A stretch of DNA of 64,000 bases, taken from assembly GCA_951406725.2 (NCBI GenBank), contig OX597814.1, positions 84,506,001 to 84,570,000 on the forward strand, given 5' to 3'. Source of the stretch: Octopus vulgaris (lineage: Eukaryota). Below the pieces are notes generated by a model, which saw only the letters and a program-made list of their open reading frames with translations, did not search any database and was not told the origin of the DNA. Below are positions 1 to 12,401 of the stretch, piece after piece. The translations under genes and the position numbers were made by a program. How positions within the stretch are numbered: the stretch's first letter is position 1; every line of letters begins with the position of its first letter.

Positions 1-575
1 ACAATAACATCATTTGTAAATACTAACCCACTGACAAGGTGGAAACATTGAAACAAGTAGTACCATCTACTCTGACCAAGAACAAAGCCCAAGTCCTGCA
101 GTATGTTTTCAAATATACAATTAGTCTTTTTTAATGTGTAATTATCACAAAAAATGTAAAGATAGATACATGGCAGTAAGTGCATGAGTTCAAACTCTTT
201 GTGCTCTAAACAAAATTATTTGCTGAAAGTTGCTCATGAATAGCTACAACACTAACACCTATTTTGAAAGCCTTATGATTTTAGCACTGTCAAAACAGTT
301 CTGTGTTGTCTCCACGACCTTTTGTCATTATACTAGCCAATATTATTCCATTCCTATCATACAGCATAACATCTTTTTAGCATCAAATTTTTAAAGATTT
401 CTTTTTATCCATAGTACCTCATCCATATAAATAACATAAAAACATTTTACAATTCCTCTACACCTTTTCTTTCCAAGAGAACCCCAAAAGTAAACAGTAA
501 TTGCCTTATGTCTTAGACAACTTGTTACATAAAAAGTCAAAACCAGTGTACTAACCATACTTAGAAGAGTACAGT

Positions 576-766
576 ATTGGTTTCAAATTTTGGCACAAGG
601 CTAGCAACTGCAGGGCAGGGAGTAAGCCAACTGCATCGAATCCAGTACTCAACTGGTACTATTTTACTGACCTCAAGAGGAATTTGAACTCGGAATGTAT
701 AGACAGACGAAATGCAACTTAAACATTTTGCTTGGCATGCTTACAATTCTGCCAGTTCAGCACCTT
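576..766 (-). mobile_element. tRNA-derived SINE, family A (related copies at about 8365-8570 +, 42347-42551 -, 48485-48685 +, 50120-50200 +)
   Basis: Shared head GGYGRGCTGGCAGAA with a B-box (GAGTTCAAAT) and a shared body (GTACCAGTTGAGTACTGG) across copies. Confidence 0.75.
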
Positions 767-947
767 TTAAAGAGTATAATATTAATAAATTGAAATTTAT
801 ATAAAAGTAATGCTATTTGCCTCTTACAAGAAAGTTTTGTTTTTATAAAAAAAAAAAAAAAACACAAAATTGTATGAAGCCAAATTAAGTAATAAGCCAT
901 AAAAGGCTGCAAAAATAAAATGTATATATGTATGTATATATACTTAC

Positions 948-1090
948 TCTGGCACTACCAGGTCCCAAGAAGTATGGTTTGGAGAGAGTACATACTCTTG
1001 ATTCTTTATGCAAATAAACTGGCATGCCACTATTATGAGTTACTATTATCCAGCCTTCTGGTAGAATGTCAAATGGATCATGGCCCCTCT
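948..1090 (-). CDS. DGCR8: DGCR8/pasha coding exon with the WW motif (heme-binding/dimerisation region); gene continues beyond the window start
   Basis: Manual translation (E)[47 protein letters not shown] closely resembles the DGCR8 WW region ([34 protein letters not shown]). Boundaries are tttcag| acceptor and |GTAAGT donor. The 143-nt length is in phase with the upstream exon. Confidence 0.95.
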
Positions 1091-1636
1091 CTGAAACAAT
1101 ATATTTTATTTATATAAAAGAAAAAGCATTGTTAAATAATATTGACATAAATCTGTTCAGTTTGATACAGGTATAAACTGAATAGATTCTAAAATTCAGT
1201 ATAAAATCATTAACCAAATTTTGTTCTAAATACAATATAATATTAATGTTAATTTCACATGATATTTGTAATTAAAATAATTAACTATAGTTGTAGCTAG
1301 TAAATTCTGATTGTATTAATCAGAAGAAATTTTACACAACTTTTTTTTTAATCAGAGCAGGTTCTTTAAAAAGTAAATAGGTTTATACATATAAAAAGCA
1401 ACCTTTTTAGTTCAATGATCTCATAATTAGGAATAATGATGAATAAAATTGTCAAAGTTTTTCATGTATCTGATATCATAGCAGATGTTGAAAGAAAGTT
1501 GTGTAATTCAAAAGGAAATGCAGTTATAAGATAATAGATAAGAAATAATAAAAATTATAAAATTTTCTTATGGGGATGAAAGACACTTCAAAGTAAAAAA
1601 AAAGAAAAAGAAAAAAAAAGAATAATAATAGTTTAC

Positions 1637-2195
1637 CTTTTAAAACAATCTTTTGTACTTCAATTGGCCCCTGCGATCCGTCATCTTTTGTTTCTCCATC
1701 TGATCCAGACTTGCGGGAGTCAACCCCCTCTTCCAGCCATGCATAGACCTCATTATCATCCAAGTATTCTTCATCATCATCGTCACTAGAAAGATCAAGT
1801 GATTCCCGGCCGTTTGAAATATAACTCCGAGCACTCAGATCAGTACCCAGTCCATCATCATCCAGTTCAATATCATCTATGATTTCAAACACATGAGAAG
1901 TTTGTGCAGAATGTTCTCCACTAGGAAGTCTAGATTCTCGATCACAGTCTAAATAGGATTCAACACAGGTAATAACACTAGAAACAGGGGCCATAATTAG
2001 TGGACGTTTTTCAGGAGTGCAGCCATAGTCTATGTCGTTTTTTCTACCATCATCACTGTCAAAGTACAACCTTTTATTATTAGTTAGATTGGACGTTTGC
2101 GTTGATGGTGGCAGTATGTGGTTCTGACAGTTTTCATCATTGCTGTTTTGTGCTTCATCGTCATCTGCATTGCATGGAGATCCAGGGACTTCCAT
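1637..2195 (-). CDS. DGCR8: DGCR8/pasha first coding exon, acidic low-complexity N-terminus (exon probably starts at 2372)
   Basis: ORF MEVPGSPC...DDNEVYAWLEEGV...EVQKIVLK resembles DGCR8 DNDVDALLEEGL...KIKTVLK. Donor AAAG|GTAAAC after 1637 is phase 1 and joins the WW exon. Acceptor ctctctttccag| lies before 2372. Confidence 0.9.
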
Positions 2196-3632
2196 TGCAG
2201 TCTATCACTTTTGTTGAAGGTATGAGACAGCTTAAAGCCAGAGCTGTGGACCTGTGCTATAAAAGAGCCAAGCTTGACTATCAGCTTCTTTTCTAAAGAG
2301 CTGGACTGTTAACCGGACAGACCTGCTCAGCCACCTCTCTCTTGCTAACTAGTCAAAGAAATTAAGCCTCATCTGGAAAGAGAGATGCCCTTACATTAGC
2401 CTTACCACACATGAAACTACCTATAGAAAGCATGTGAAGGATTGATTACAATAAATAAAACTGTAAATTTCTTTTGGAAAAAATTATATCAAAATAATAA
2501 AAACAATTTTATTGAATACAAATACAAATGTTTTTAAAAATTAGGTGACAAAATAAAAAATTCAGTAGATATTTGTATTTTGAGCAGCAATTCATGTAAC
2601 AGCCTTAAAAGTTATTGTATAAATAGCAGAAAACCATTTTTACAAAAATAAATAAATGAATAAATGAAAAAGGTTTTGAAAAACAAGTTTCATACTAACA
2701 CTTCATTTCTAATAACAGGCTTCTTTAAGTAAATGACACCAACATCTTACATTATTAATACTGGAATTCAATGGAAGCCAATATTCAATAAAGGATGAAC
2801 ACATGATGGGAGACTCCAAAGCAATGAGAAAGTTAAGTCACTCAACACAACCAGGATCTGATATTTCTACTTAAAGGTTTAATTCTTGTATTTTTGAGAA
2901 TTAGGTGTATCAAAGGATATATAAAAAAAAATGAATGGTTTTGTGTGTGCACACAAATCCACTTCCACACACACACGCACAAGAGAGAGAGAAAGAGAGA
3001 GAGAGAGATTACCTTGAATATTTTTCCTAAGTCACTTTTGAAGACTTTATTTGAGAAAATTCTTAAAGAAATGAATATTGGGGTTCTAAAATGAACCTTT
3101 AAGGCTTTTTTGCTCATCTCTTCATTTAACAAAAATTGTAAACTCTATCATCTATGTACGTATGCATATATACATATGACATACACACACATACACAAAC
3201 AAACAAACACAACAGCAAATGCTAGTAAATGTAGGAAGCATTAGTTTTTAAAAACAAGTAATTCTAAAAAAACAGGCCAAACCTTAAAAAGGTATAACAA
3301 GAACAACAACAATAAAGCTGCATGTGATCCTGTACTTATTTATCTTTATTTTTACCTTAATGTAAAGGTGGAGGTCAAGGTCCGTTAAGAAAAAATATTG
3401 AAACTGAGGAGAAAGGAAGGGGTTTCTTACTTTTCCAATTCTAACAAGATCTGAGGTGATGAGTCTATTAGCATTGCCTATTTCATGAATACATTTAAAA
3501 GGAATAGGGAGCAACTAGTTAGATACGGACAAAAAGAAAGAAATTAATAAGTAGCAGAGTAAGAAAGAGATATTGTGAAAGATGGAGCAGTTAGTCAACC
3601 CATCCATCCTTGAGGACCACCTCAATACTTAC

Positions 3633-3978
3633 CTTGAGCAGGAACAAGGGTCAGGAGTTTTGGAATAGGGAGACTTCATAGCAGGTGACTCGCAGTCTAT
3701 TATACTTTCAGTTCTGCAGTTGTAAAGTACTGTTAAAACCTAAGAAGCCATTGCTTGGCATTTGTTAAATGTAACCAAGCCACCAGTCTCTGGGGTTTTA
3801 ACAAATGGCAACTATTAAAAGTAGCCGCAATTATTATTCCACACTTTGTCCTGGTAACTAGGAGAAAGCTACATGCAATGTTGGTATCATTTCGCAAATA
3901 TCTTAATTGGCTTTTCTTTTCCTCTGAGTTCATATGTTACTGGTCCACAGGAAGAAAACGGTTAAGAGAAATTTCTGC
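3633..3978 (-). other. DGCR8: Putative non-coding 5'UTR exon of DGCR8
   Basis: Acceptor ctctttaatttttag| before 3978 and strong donor CAAG|GTAAGT after 3633. No convincing ORF; contains hairpins. Confidence 0.55.
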
Positions 3979-6900
3979 CTAAAAATTAAAGAGTAGCACT
4001 GTAGGATTAGAAGCACCTCAAATGCTGTAAAATTGAATGTGGAAAAGTAGAAACCGCAATGCAAGGGGGTAATAACAGCAAAATTTAGTTTGTGAAATGA
4101 AGTCAACACAGTGATGGTACTTATTACCAATTTTCAACCTAACAAGCTATAGCTCCTCCAAAATACCAGGTATAAGTTTTAAAAAATACTATTACCTTAC
4201 TAAATATTACAAAAGCAAATTGTTAAACAGATATACCCTAACCTCAAAGTTAATTTATTTCCCAGTTTTCCACCAAATTTCCAGAACATTCAGCTACCTT
4301 TGCATCTACTTCATATCAAAGAGTGAAAATTCTGTAAAATCTATACAATATTCAGGACTTTCACCAATCCAAATGGCAGCAATATATCTGAGTATCATTG
4401 CCTTTTTGGAAAGTAAATAACAAAACTGCACATCAACTGCAAAATCCACATGACACCTTGAGCAAGTGTATTTATTCTACTACAACCTCAAGCCAAGCAA
4501 TACCTTGTGAGGGAATTTGGTAAATGGTAACTGAAAGAAGCTTGTCAGTCATGTGTGTCTGTATGAACATTTACAAAACTATGCTGAGTTATAACTTGTG
4601 ATGTCACCATTTGTGGCTCAGCAACAACCAGTGACATCATTTCTGGTTGGGTTACAACTAGTGACATTTCCTGTCCACAAATTGTCCAGTAGCCATTTTC
4701 AAATGCTTCTTGAATAAAAGGTTGGCAACAGGAAAAGCATCCAGCCATTAAAGTTCTTCCACAATTTTCTTCTGATTAAGGCATGAAAAACAGATATTAA
4801 ACAGTACAAACTTATTAAATTCGATCAGTGAGATAAGATACCAAGCAAGAGCTTTCTCCATGCTTAAATAAAATAAACTGAAGGAATTTTAGCTTACATA
4901 CTGATTTTCCCTTTTTAATCACAACCCTACATTAACAATGAACCAATGAGTAATGCTTAAAATGATTTTGTTTGTAAATTAAAGAAAAACTTCTATTCTT
5001 CAGTTACAGTGTCATGATTAACATGACAGTGGATAAACATTTACTCATAAAGTTTATAGGCCCCTTTTTTCCAAGTAGACAATGGAAAAATTTATAGCCA
5101 ACTGCATACCTAGATATTGTGTAAACTTGATTCACCAAATAAAAAATTAAAACAGTCCCCTCCATAGCTAAACTCAAATACTAGGGTAATTTTTTTCTAT
5201 AAATCAGCTTTCTAAACTCTATTAATAGATGCAGGCATGACTGTGTGGTCCTAGAAGATTGCTTCGCAACCACATGAGTTCAGGTTGACTAAAACCTTGT
5301 GAGTGAAATTTGATAGACAAACTATATGGAAAATTGTCACATATATTGTGTGTGTATGCCTGCATACATGCATTTGTCCACCTGTATCTTTGCATTGACA
5401 CCACTTCAACAGAGATGACATTTATCTCTCACAGGACTTAAGAGTCCAGTAACACTGATTCAACATGGGAAGATGTGAATCAAGTATCTTATTTGTAAAC
5501 AAGAAAGCTAAAAAGCTGGCATCAGGAAGAAAATTTGGCTGTAAGAAGACTCATTGGAGGAGTCCTCAAGAAGACTCATTCAAGTAGATGAAAGATGATG
5601 AAATTGAAAAGCACTTACTACAGCAAAATGTTACTTTGACAATCTACCAGCAATTTTGATAAAAATATGGATCAAATATTGTACAGAAATAATAATGATG
5701 TCACTAAATGTTATTATCTAAAAAAAAAAAATAATAATAATCGAAGTTGCATGAACAGACTATTTCAAACAGCAGTGTGACAGTGATATTTCACTATAAT
5801 CACTACTACCGTATGATATCACAAAAGTTGAGGTATCAAAAATACCCTTCTCTTGTAATCTATCAAAATCAATACTAGCAACATAAAAATTCAAGGTAAA
5901 TTTTTATTAGGCATGCCATTCAGAAACTCCTGCAGGCCACAAGTTGCACAAGATTGCCTTATCACTATAAAATAAAAATCTATAAAATGCTTCATTATCA
6001 TCAACGTCACCATCGTATATAAACATACCTAAAACATTTTCCTTATTCTACCTAACTGCAGGATTGTCTTTTCTATTGGTGGGGTAGTGAGTACTTAAAA
6101 AAAAAAAAAAAATGTAGATTTTGAAAATGAAAAACAAACTAAATAAAAAAAAAAAAAAAGACATAATATCAATGAAAAGAGTAACTGAAGTAATCTACTA
6201 AAAACTACCAATTTTATTTTACTGTAATTTAAGTTTTGCTAAATTGGAGACGCTACTGAATGTTATCAACCTGTAAATTTGATATATTATCCTTAATAAC
6301 AAATGTAGAACTAGATTAAAAATTTTTTTTTGTTCTTTATTTAAATAACCTTAAATGAAATGTTATTCTGACAACTTCAGACTAAAGAAATAACTTTACA
6401 ATACATACAAATATTTTAATTGTTCAAAGACCTCACTAAGTTCTTTGTAAATTATCAATACAGATTTTTCAATGTTTATCACTGTGTATTAGGTTAATTT
6501 TAACACTATGGTACAAAGTCCTGATATTTCGTTAAGAATAATTCAGCAAATATCCAGAGATTTTATTAATATTTTCTGCTTACCAACCACTTTACTGCGA
6601 CACAAGCCTCTACAGAGTCACTTGACCAGCTAGAAATAACAGCTGACCCAGTAAGGGAACTGCTTGGCTACAGCAGCCAAATCTCCTTCAAATCTTATAT
6701 GATGTCTAAAATAAAGGATAATGTGGACAATATAGTCCTTTATATAAAAACAGAAGATGGTCATGGTTGGAACACTTCATCATACATCTGCTCAATCAGA
6801 CATAACCTAATACAAAACAACTCATAAATAGCGTTCCTTACAAAGGTCAAATGTTCCTACTGTAGATGTTTACAATAGTCATATGATCTGAGTTAAGAAT

Positions 6901-7249
6901 CTTAGCCATGATTGCTGCATGGCACTGATGACAGATGAACTGTTGACCATTTCAAAGGGTAGTCTAACACCATATTAATTCAGACTTCTCTTTTACTATT
7001 AAATGTTTAAGCAGTCCTTTTTCAAAATTTACTTTGTGATTAGACCTACCTAAGCAGAAAAGTTACAAGTTAAAAGAGAACTATACACACTCAAATGGCC
7101 CTACAATCATTTTTAATAATTTATTTTACTTTTTTATGTTCAGGAAAATTTGGTAATTAAAATATTTTTTAGAGTTGAATGCTGTATTTCATGCTAACCA
7201 CCTAATTACAAGGAGTGGGTGGCAACAATATCCAGCAAGGGCAGACTGA

Positions 7250-8340
7250 GGTAATTAAAACAATACACCTACCTCAACATGCAGAAAACTGGAAATCCTC
7301 TATCTAAAACTCTTATCTATTTTGTATTAAGTCTTCCATGACCTACTTTAACTAACTTGATGTTTATTGTAAGAATTAATCCAAGAATTGAAGAGTTTGC
7401 TTATTAACTTCAATCAAAGATGGACGTCTAAGCAATATTGCTCCATTACCAACACCAGTTCAACAATAGTGGTGGAGACTGCTTATGTTAGAATTTAATT
7501 CAATGCAAACACTGCAACTAATGAATGAATTACGTGTTGTGATATTTTTTTTATGGGTTGATGGTGAATGAAATGCAATGATGGACTTCTATTGTGCTGG
7601 CTTCTAAAAATAATAAAGATATAGAGGGGACTTCAAAAAACTTACTGACAATAGAGCGATATTCTTGCCATATAACTATGTCGTCAGAAGTATTATACCT
7701 AAGTGTAATGAAAATGGTGGCATGAAGTAAAAAGATGAGGTGAATACAATCCATGATATGAGCAAGGTGATCTTTGAGAGTTGTGTAAGGGACCTAAAAA
7801 TGTGCCTGCAGATTAGAGGTTTCTGTTGATATAGATATGGGTTTAGAAAGGATGATATTAAGGCAATAAAATAATTGGAGTTAAGGTAAGCACATTTATA
7901 ACTAGAGTTAGGATAGTATGTGTAAGGGGGTTTTATGAGATAGCTATTATCTCATAAAATGAGAAGGAAAGAGGGAGCATTTTAAGCAAAATTAATCTAA
8001 CTAAAATAGGTCTTGTAAAGATTGATGTCACTTATATTTTGCTATGAACAATGTTTCTTACATGTCAAAATACATATTCCTGAAAGGGTCACTGGGAATA
8101 ATTGAGCTTAAAAATGTGAAATACTAAGTAATTTTATGATGTAATCGTTAGAGAATTTATTTCTGTGTCATGATATTACCAGAATGTTTAACCACAGGAA
8201 GCTACTTGCAAAGTCTTTGTTGATAAAAGATGAGTCTGAAGCTTTAGACAAACTAGAGACAGTGTGGGTATTGCCTCCATAGAGGATTTTGAGGAACATC
8301 TCAGTAGGGTAGAAAAGCTTTGCTGACAACTAAAGGGCAA
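7250..8340 (-). pseudogene. Highly degraded non-LTR retrotransposon RT fragment
   Basis: Remnant TSDDIVIW (YADD-like) preceded by a QGS-like remnant; many stops. Confidence 0.35.
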
Positions 8341-11300
8341 CCTTAGTTATTAATATACTATACCATAAAGCAGTGAGTGAGCAGAATTGCTAGTATAGTG
8401 GACAAAATGCAAAGCAGCATTTCTCCCAGCTCTTCACATTATCAGATCACATACCACCGAAGTTAACTCTGCCACTCATCCTTTCAGAGTCGATAACATA
8501 AAGTATCAATCAAGTACTGGGATTGATGTAATCAACTAACCCTCTCTCTAAAACTACAGGGCTTTGAAATGGTATGTAACACCATAGTTATATCTAATGA
8601 CTGGCAAAGTGATATTTAGATTTTAACAAATATTCTTAAAAATTTGTCTCTAACACTGATTAAGATTTTCAGTCTATGGAAGTCTTCCTAGGATTTACAA
8701 AAGAACAAAGAATTTGAAGAAATGTCGGTTGATAATTGTGAATATTACAATGGAGACAAAGAAATAGAAAACAAATCATTAATTAGAAAATACTAAGAAC
8801 TTGATGGATACATATCGATGAAGAAAAATGCTTGGACAAGGCAGGAACAAGTGGAGAATATAGTTCTTAGATAACAAGTGCAATTAAAGACACTAGAATT
8901 GTATACAAGTATATCTCACTCAATATCTATTTGCTAACATCACCGAAAGAGTTGAGAACAATCTGATCATATGTTAGCTCATCAAGTTCTGCAAATAAAC
9001 AAATTTTACTTAAGGCATATTCATTTTACCCAATAATTTGTTATACAAATTATCAAAGAAATAACTTTGTTTTTTTTCGCTATTTGAAGGAAATATACTC
9101 CTGCCAAATATCTTGTGAACAAGAGACAACAAAGATTAAAGGGTATACAATAATATGGATACTGAGTAGCTATATGTGCTGTTTTTGAGTTTTTGTAGTA
9201 AAACATTTGTGGTCTAGAATGTATGGTGCAATATTGACAAGGGAAACATAAAAATATTTGGAATGTCGATGTATTTATAAAGTTATACCAATAAAGTTTA
9301 TATCCAAACAGGATTTGGTTATTTCGAAATATATCTACTAGCAGAAAACATCTGAAAACAGAGTAAATGAACTTTAACACCAGCAAAGTATTTAAATATG
9401 ACATGTTAAACATTTACATAAACTCCTACATAGGTATTGCTCAAACTTTTGTATTTTCATTTTAAAATTCCATTTCAAAAATCCACCAGAAATTTGATTC
9501 TTTAACCATATTATTTCAAACTAATATATTAACATTATTTCATTACAACTTTACAGCTACTACAGATTTTTGATATTAATACTTGTTAAATATTCTTATC
9601 CCGAGTGTTTTTCTTCAACAAGGGAAAGAAAAAAAAAAAAGTACTTCCATTCTGCAAGTATTTCATAATTATTGCTTGCATTTTAATCCACTATGCCCTT
9701 ACATCATTCACCAAAGACTTATCTTTGGCTCACAGCTTTAGTTTATAGATAATAGCAGAATAGCTAACCTTAACCCAAAACATTCATGCCCATCATTCTT
9801 CTATAAAAATGTGAGATGTTATCACTGACTCTACTTTTTAGAAGATTTTAGCTTTGATTTTATTCTAAAAATTTTTTCTAAACAAACTGTCCACTAAAAT
9901 TCACAAACTACATGACCACTAATAATTTAAACATTCCCATCTTTCATGTTATAGCTAAATCAGAATATTCTCTGGTCATCCTCAGATGAGTAAGAACATT
10001 CTGATTTTGTGAGATGCAATCAAATAATGATTTCAATCCAAAAGACATAAATATAAAATATATGCAGAAATGTAGAATTGTAACAGCTACAAGGCTTTTG
10101 TTCAATCTCTAACACATGTATTAACCAATTTAAGAGTAGCTCGACAAGATTTTAAGTTATTAACAAGCAAATATTTTACAGTGGAACTATTACATTTTCT
10201 GAAAAATACCAATGTAAAGTTTTCAAGTTTTGTAAATTTATTCTTTTTTTTTTTAGCTTTATAACCTTTTTGCATTATGCAATAACATCTTATAGTAAGA
10301 GGGTTATCAAAATTATTAAGCAGTCTAATTAAATAAATTGACTATATTAAAAGTGTATAAATTCAAACTCACTTGGTTTGACTGAAAAATCACCCAATTT
10401 TGGTGGTGAACCAATTATGTCAATTTGCTAAAGTAACTCCTGAACTTCTGCAAAAATAAAAATGAAAGACTTCTTATGCATTCCTGATCTAACAACTGTA
10501 ATTCCTACTTTACAAATTCTTGGAAAGAATTATAAAGCAACTTTGAGGATGAAAATGATCTAAGCAAAACCCCACAGTTTACCATGACAGAATATAAAGA
10601 AGTGTTATGTAATGCTAGTACATAAACAATATCAATATTTCTTGAACTTGCTTTAACTTTATAATGCAATATAGAAGAATTTATATATAATGATTAGCTT
10701 TACCTATGATTTTATAAAAAAAGGTAAAGTTTTTATAAAGGCTTGACTATTTCAAAAGACAAATATTCAAATGTGTACACGTGTATGCACAAGCACTTTT
10801 AATATTTAATAGCTATTTCATTGTATTAGCCAGTGTTGGTTTGTCTTTAATAGCAATTAAACAATTCTAACATGTTTAAAACACCTCAAAATACTAAAAT
10901 TACTTTTTTTCCTCAAAAGAGATGTCAATCATTTTGTTGCAATCAGATCTGTTCTCAAATAGATCATTCCAATGTTTTGTTATAATATTCCTAAATACAC
11001 TGTCCATGTGTTTCAATTAATTTTGAAAACAAATAAAAAAAATTTGAATGAGTTTAGTAAAATATCTAATTTCATTATTAAGATACTTAAAACCTAACTT
11101 AGGAAATTTTCTTAAATGAAATTATGATGGAAGGTTCATATTAGTGAACCAGAGGCAGCTTGGAATCAAAATAGTTAATCTGAGATTAGAATGCCTGAAA
11201 ATTAATCCTTTCAAATACTGATAGTAAGCATTGATATTAAGTTAGTAAGTAAAGCTTAGTTAACTTCATTAGGTAACACAATTCACTAAACTAACCAGTT

Positions 11301-11626
11301 CAGCTAGCATCTCTATGATTTTTCTCATAATTTGGAAGAGAGGTATTTAAAAATGCTTTCATGTTTTACTCATTATAAAATTAATTTTCTCTAAGAAGAA
11401 TATTAAATGACAACTCAAACTAAATTTTTGAAGAAATTAAAATAAAACATTAAAATGACTTAAAATGAAAAAAAAAACTGAAGTAAAAATAAATAAAAAT
11501 GTTTACAAAGATTTTTACAGATACAGTGGGGTCGAGAATATTAAATCTGTTAACATTATATAAACATGATAGACCCCATGACATCTGCTCTAACTAAACA
11601 TTGACTCACAAAGCATTTATACTTAC

Positions 11627-12074
11627 TCCAGTACAGGATCACAAGCAGTGCATCAAAATACTTGAAGTATTCCATGAAAAATGCTGATTCTGATGATCAT
11701 ACACAATGTAGATGTTCACTAAACCAAGGCAGACACTCAGCAGTAAATGTTAGCAGTAGACAGAAACACAAGGCCACAACAAGTATGTAGTCAGAGATGC
11801 CACCAGGTCCAAGAATTGAGGTGTTGCGACCTCCTACATGACCAGAAAGTCAAGGGGTGGGTTATAACAGAATCTACCCGGCTCGACCATGGTCAAGAGG
11901 AGAGTGCAATGTGTGACAGCCCTCGCCTCTGCCGGACCAGATGACAACAGTGAATGGCGATACGCACGCCAGTAAGTCTGAGAGCAGAGACAAAAAGTCA
12001 TCAGTCTTACTAGCATACTTCGCTATGCACTTCAAGCATAGAGTACCCTGGTCGTCAGATGCCGAAGTACAACC
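11627..12074 (-). other. DGCR8: Putative non-coding 5'UTR exon of DGCR8
   Basis: GC-richer, non-repetitive island in AT-rich DNA. Acceptor ttgttattcag| before 12074 and donor GGA|GTAAGT after 11627. Contains long hairpins. Confidence 0.65.
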
Positions 12075-12359
12075 CTGAATAACAATGATAATCAGTAAAT
12101 AAGCATGGTGCTACATGATCATCAATGAATTAAGAGTTACATTAATAGTTAGTGGAATTAACAGTGGCTATAGCTAATAGGGTAAGACTTCTGTAAGAAG
12201 GCAAATATCACAAATCACACATGATTTGGCATGGCTCATCTTAATCTCAATAACTAGTTTAACAAAATAGTGTTTGCATGCATTTATATCAACATGTGCA
12301 AATAACAGAAACTGGAATGCAAAATTTTTTGAGATTTACATTATGTTTGTGTATATGTG

Positions 12360-12401
<42 letters not shown>

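Noticed and set aside
920-1117. Plus-strand 65-aa ORF
   Set aside because: Antisense shadow of the DGCR8 WW exon.
1524-1636. Hydrophobic C-terminal tail of the 223-aa ORF
   Set aside because: Read-through into the intron past the donor at 1637, not a transmembrane segment.
11747-12074. Short ORFs, and a 66-codon open frame from the 12074 acceptor
   Set aside because: No recognisable homology and the frame stops mid-exon; RNA structure explains the GC content better.
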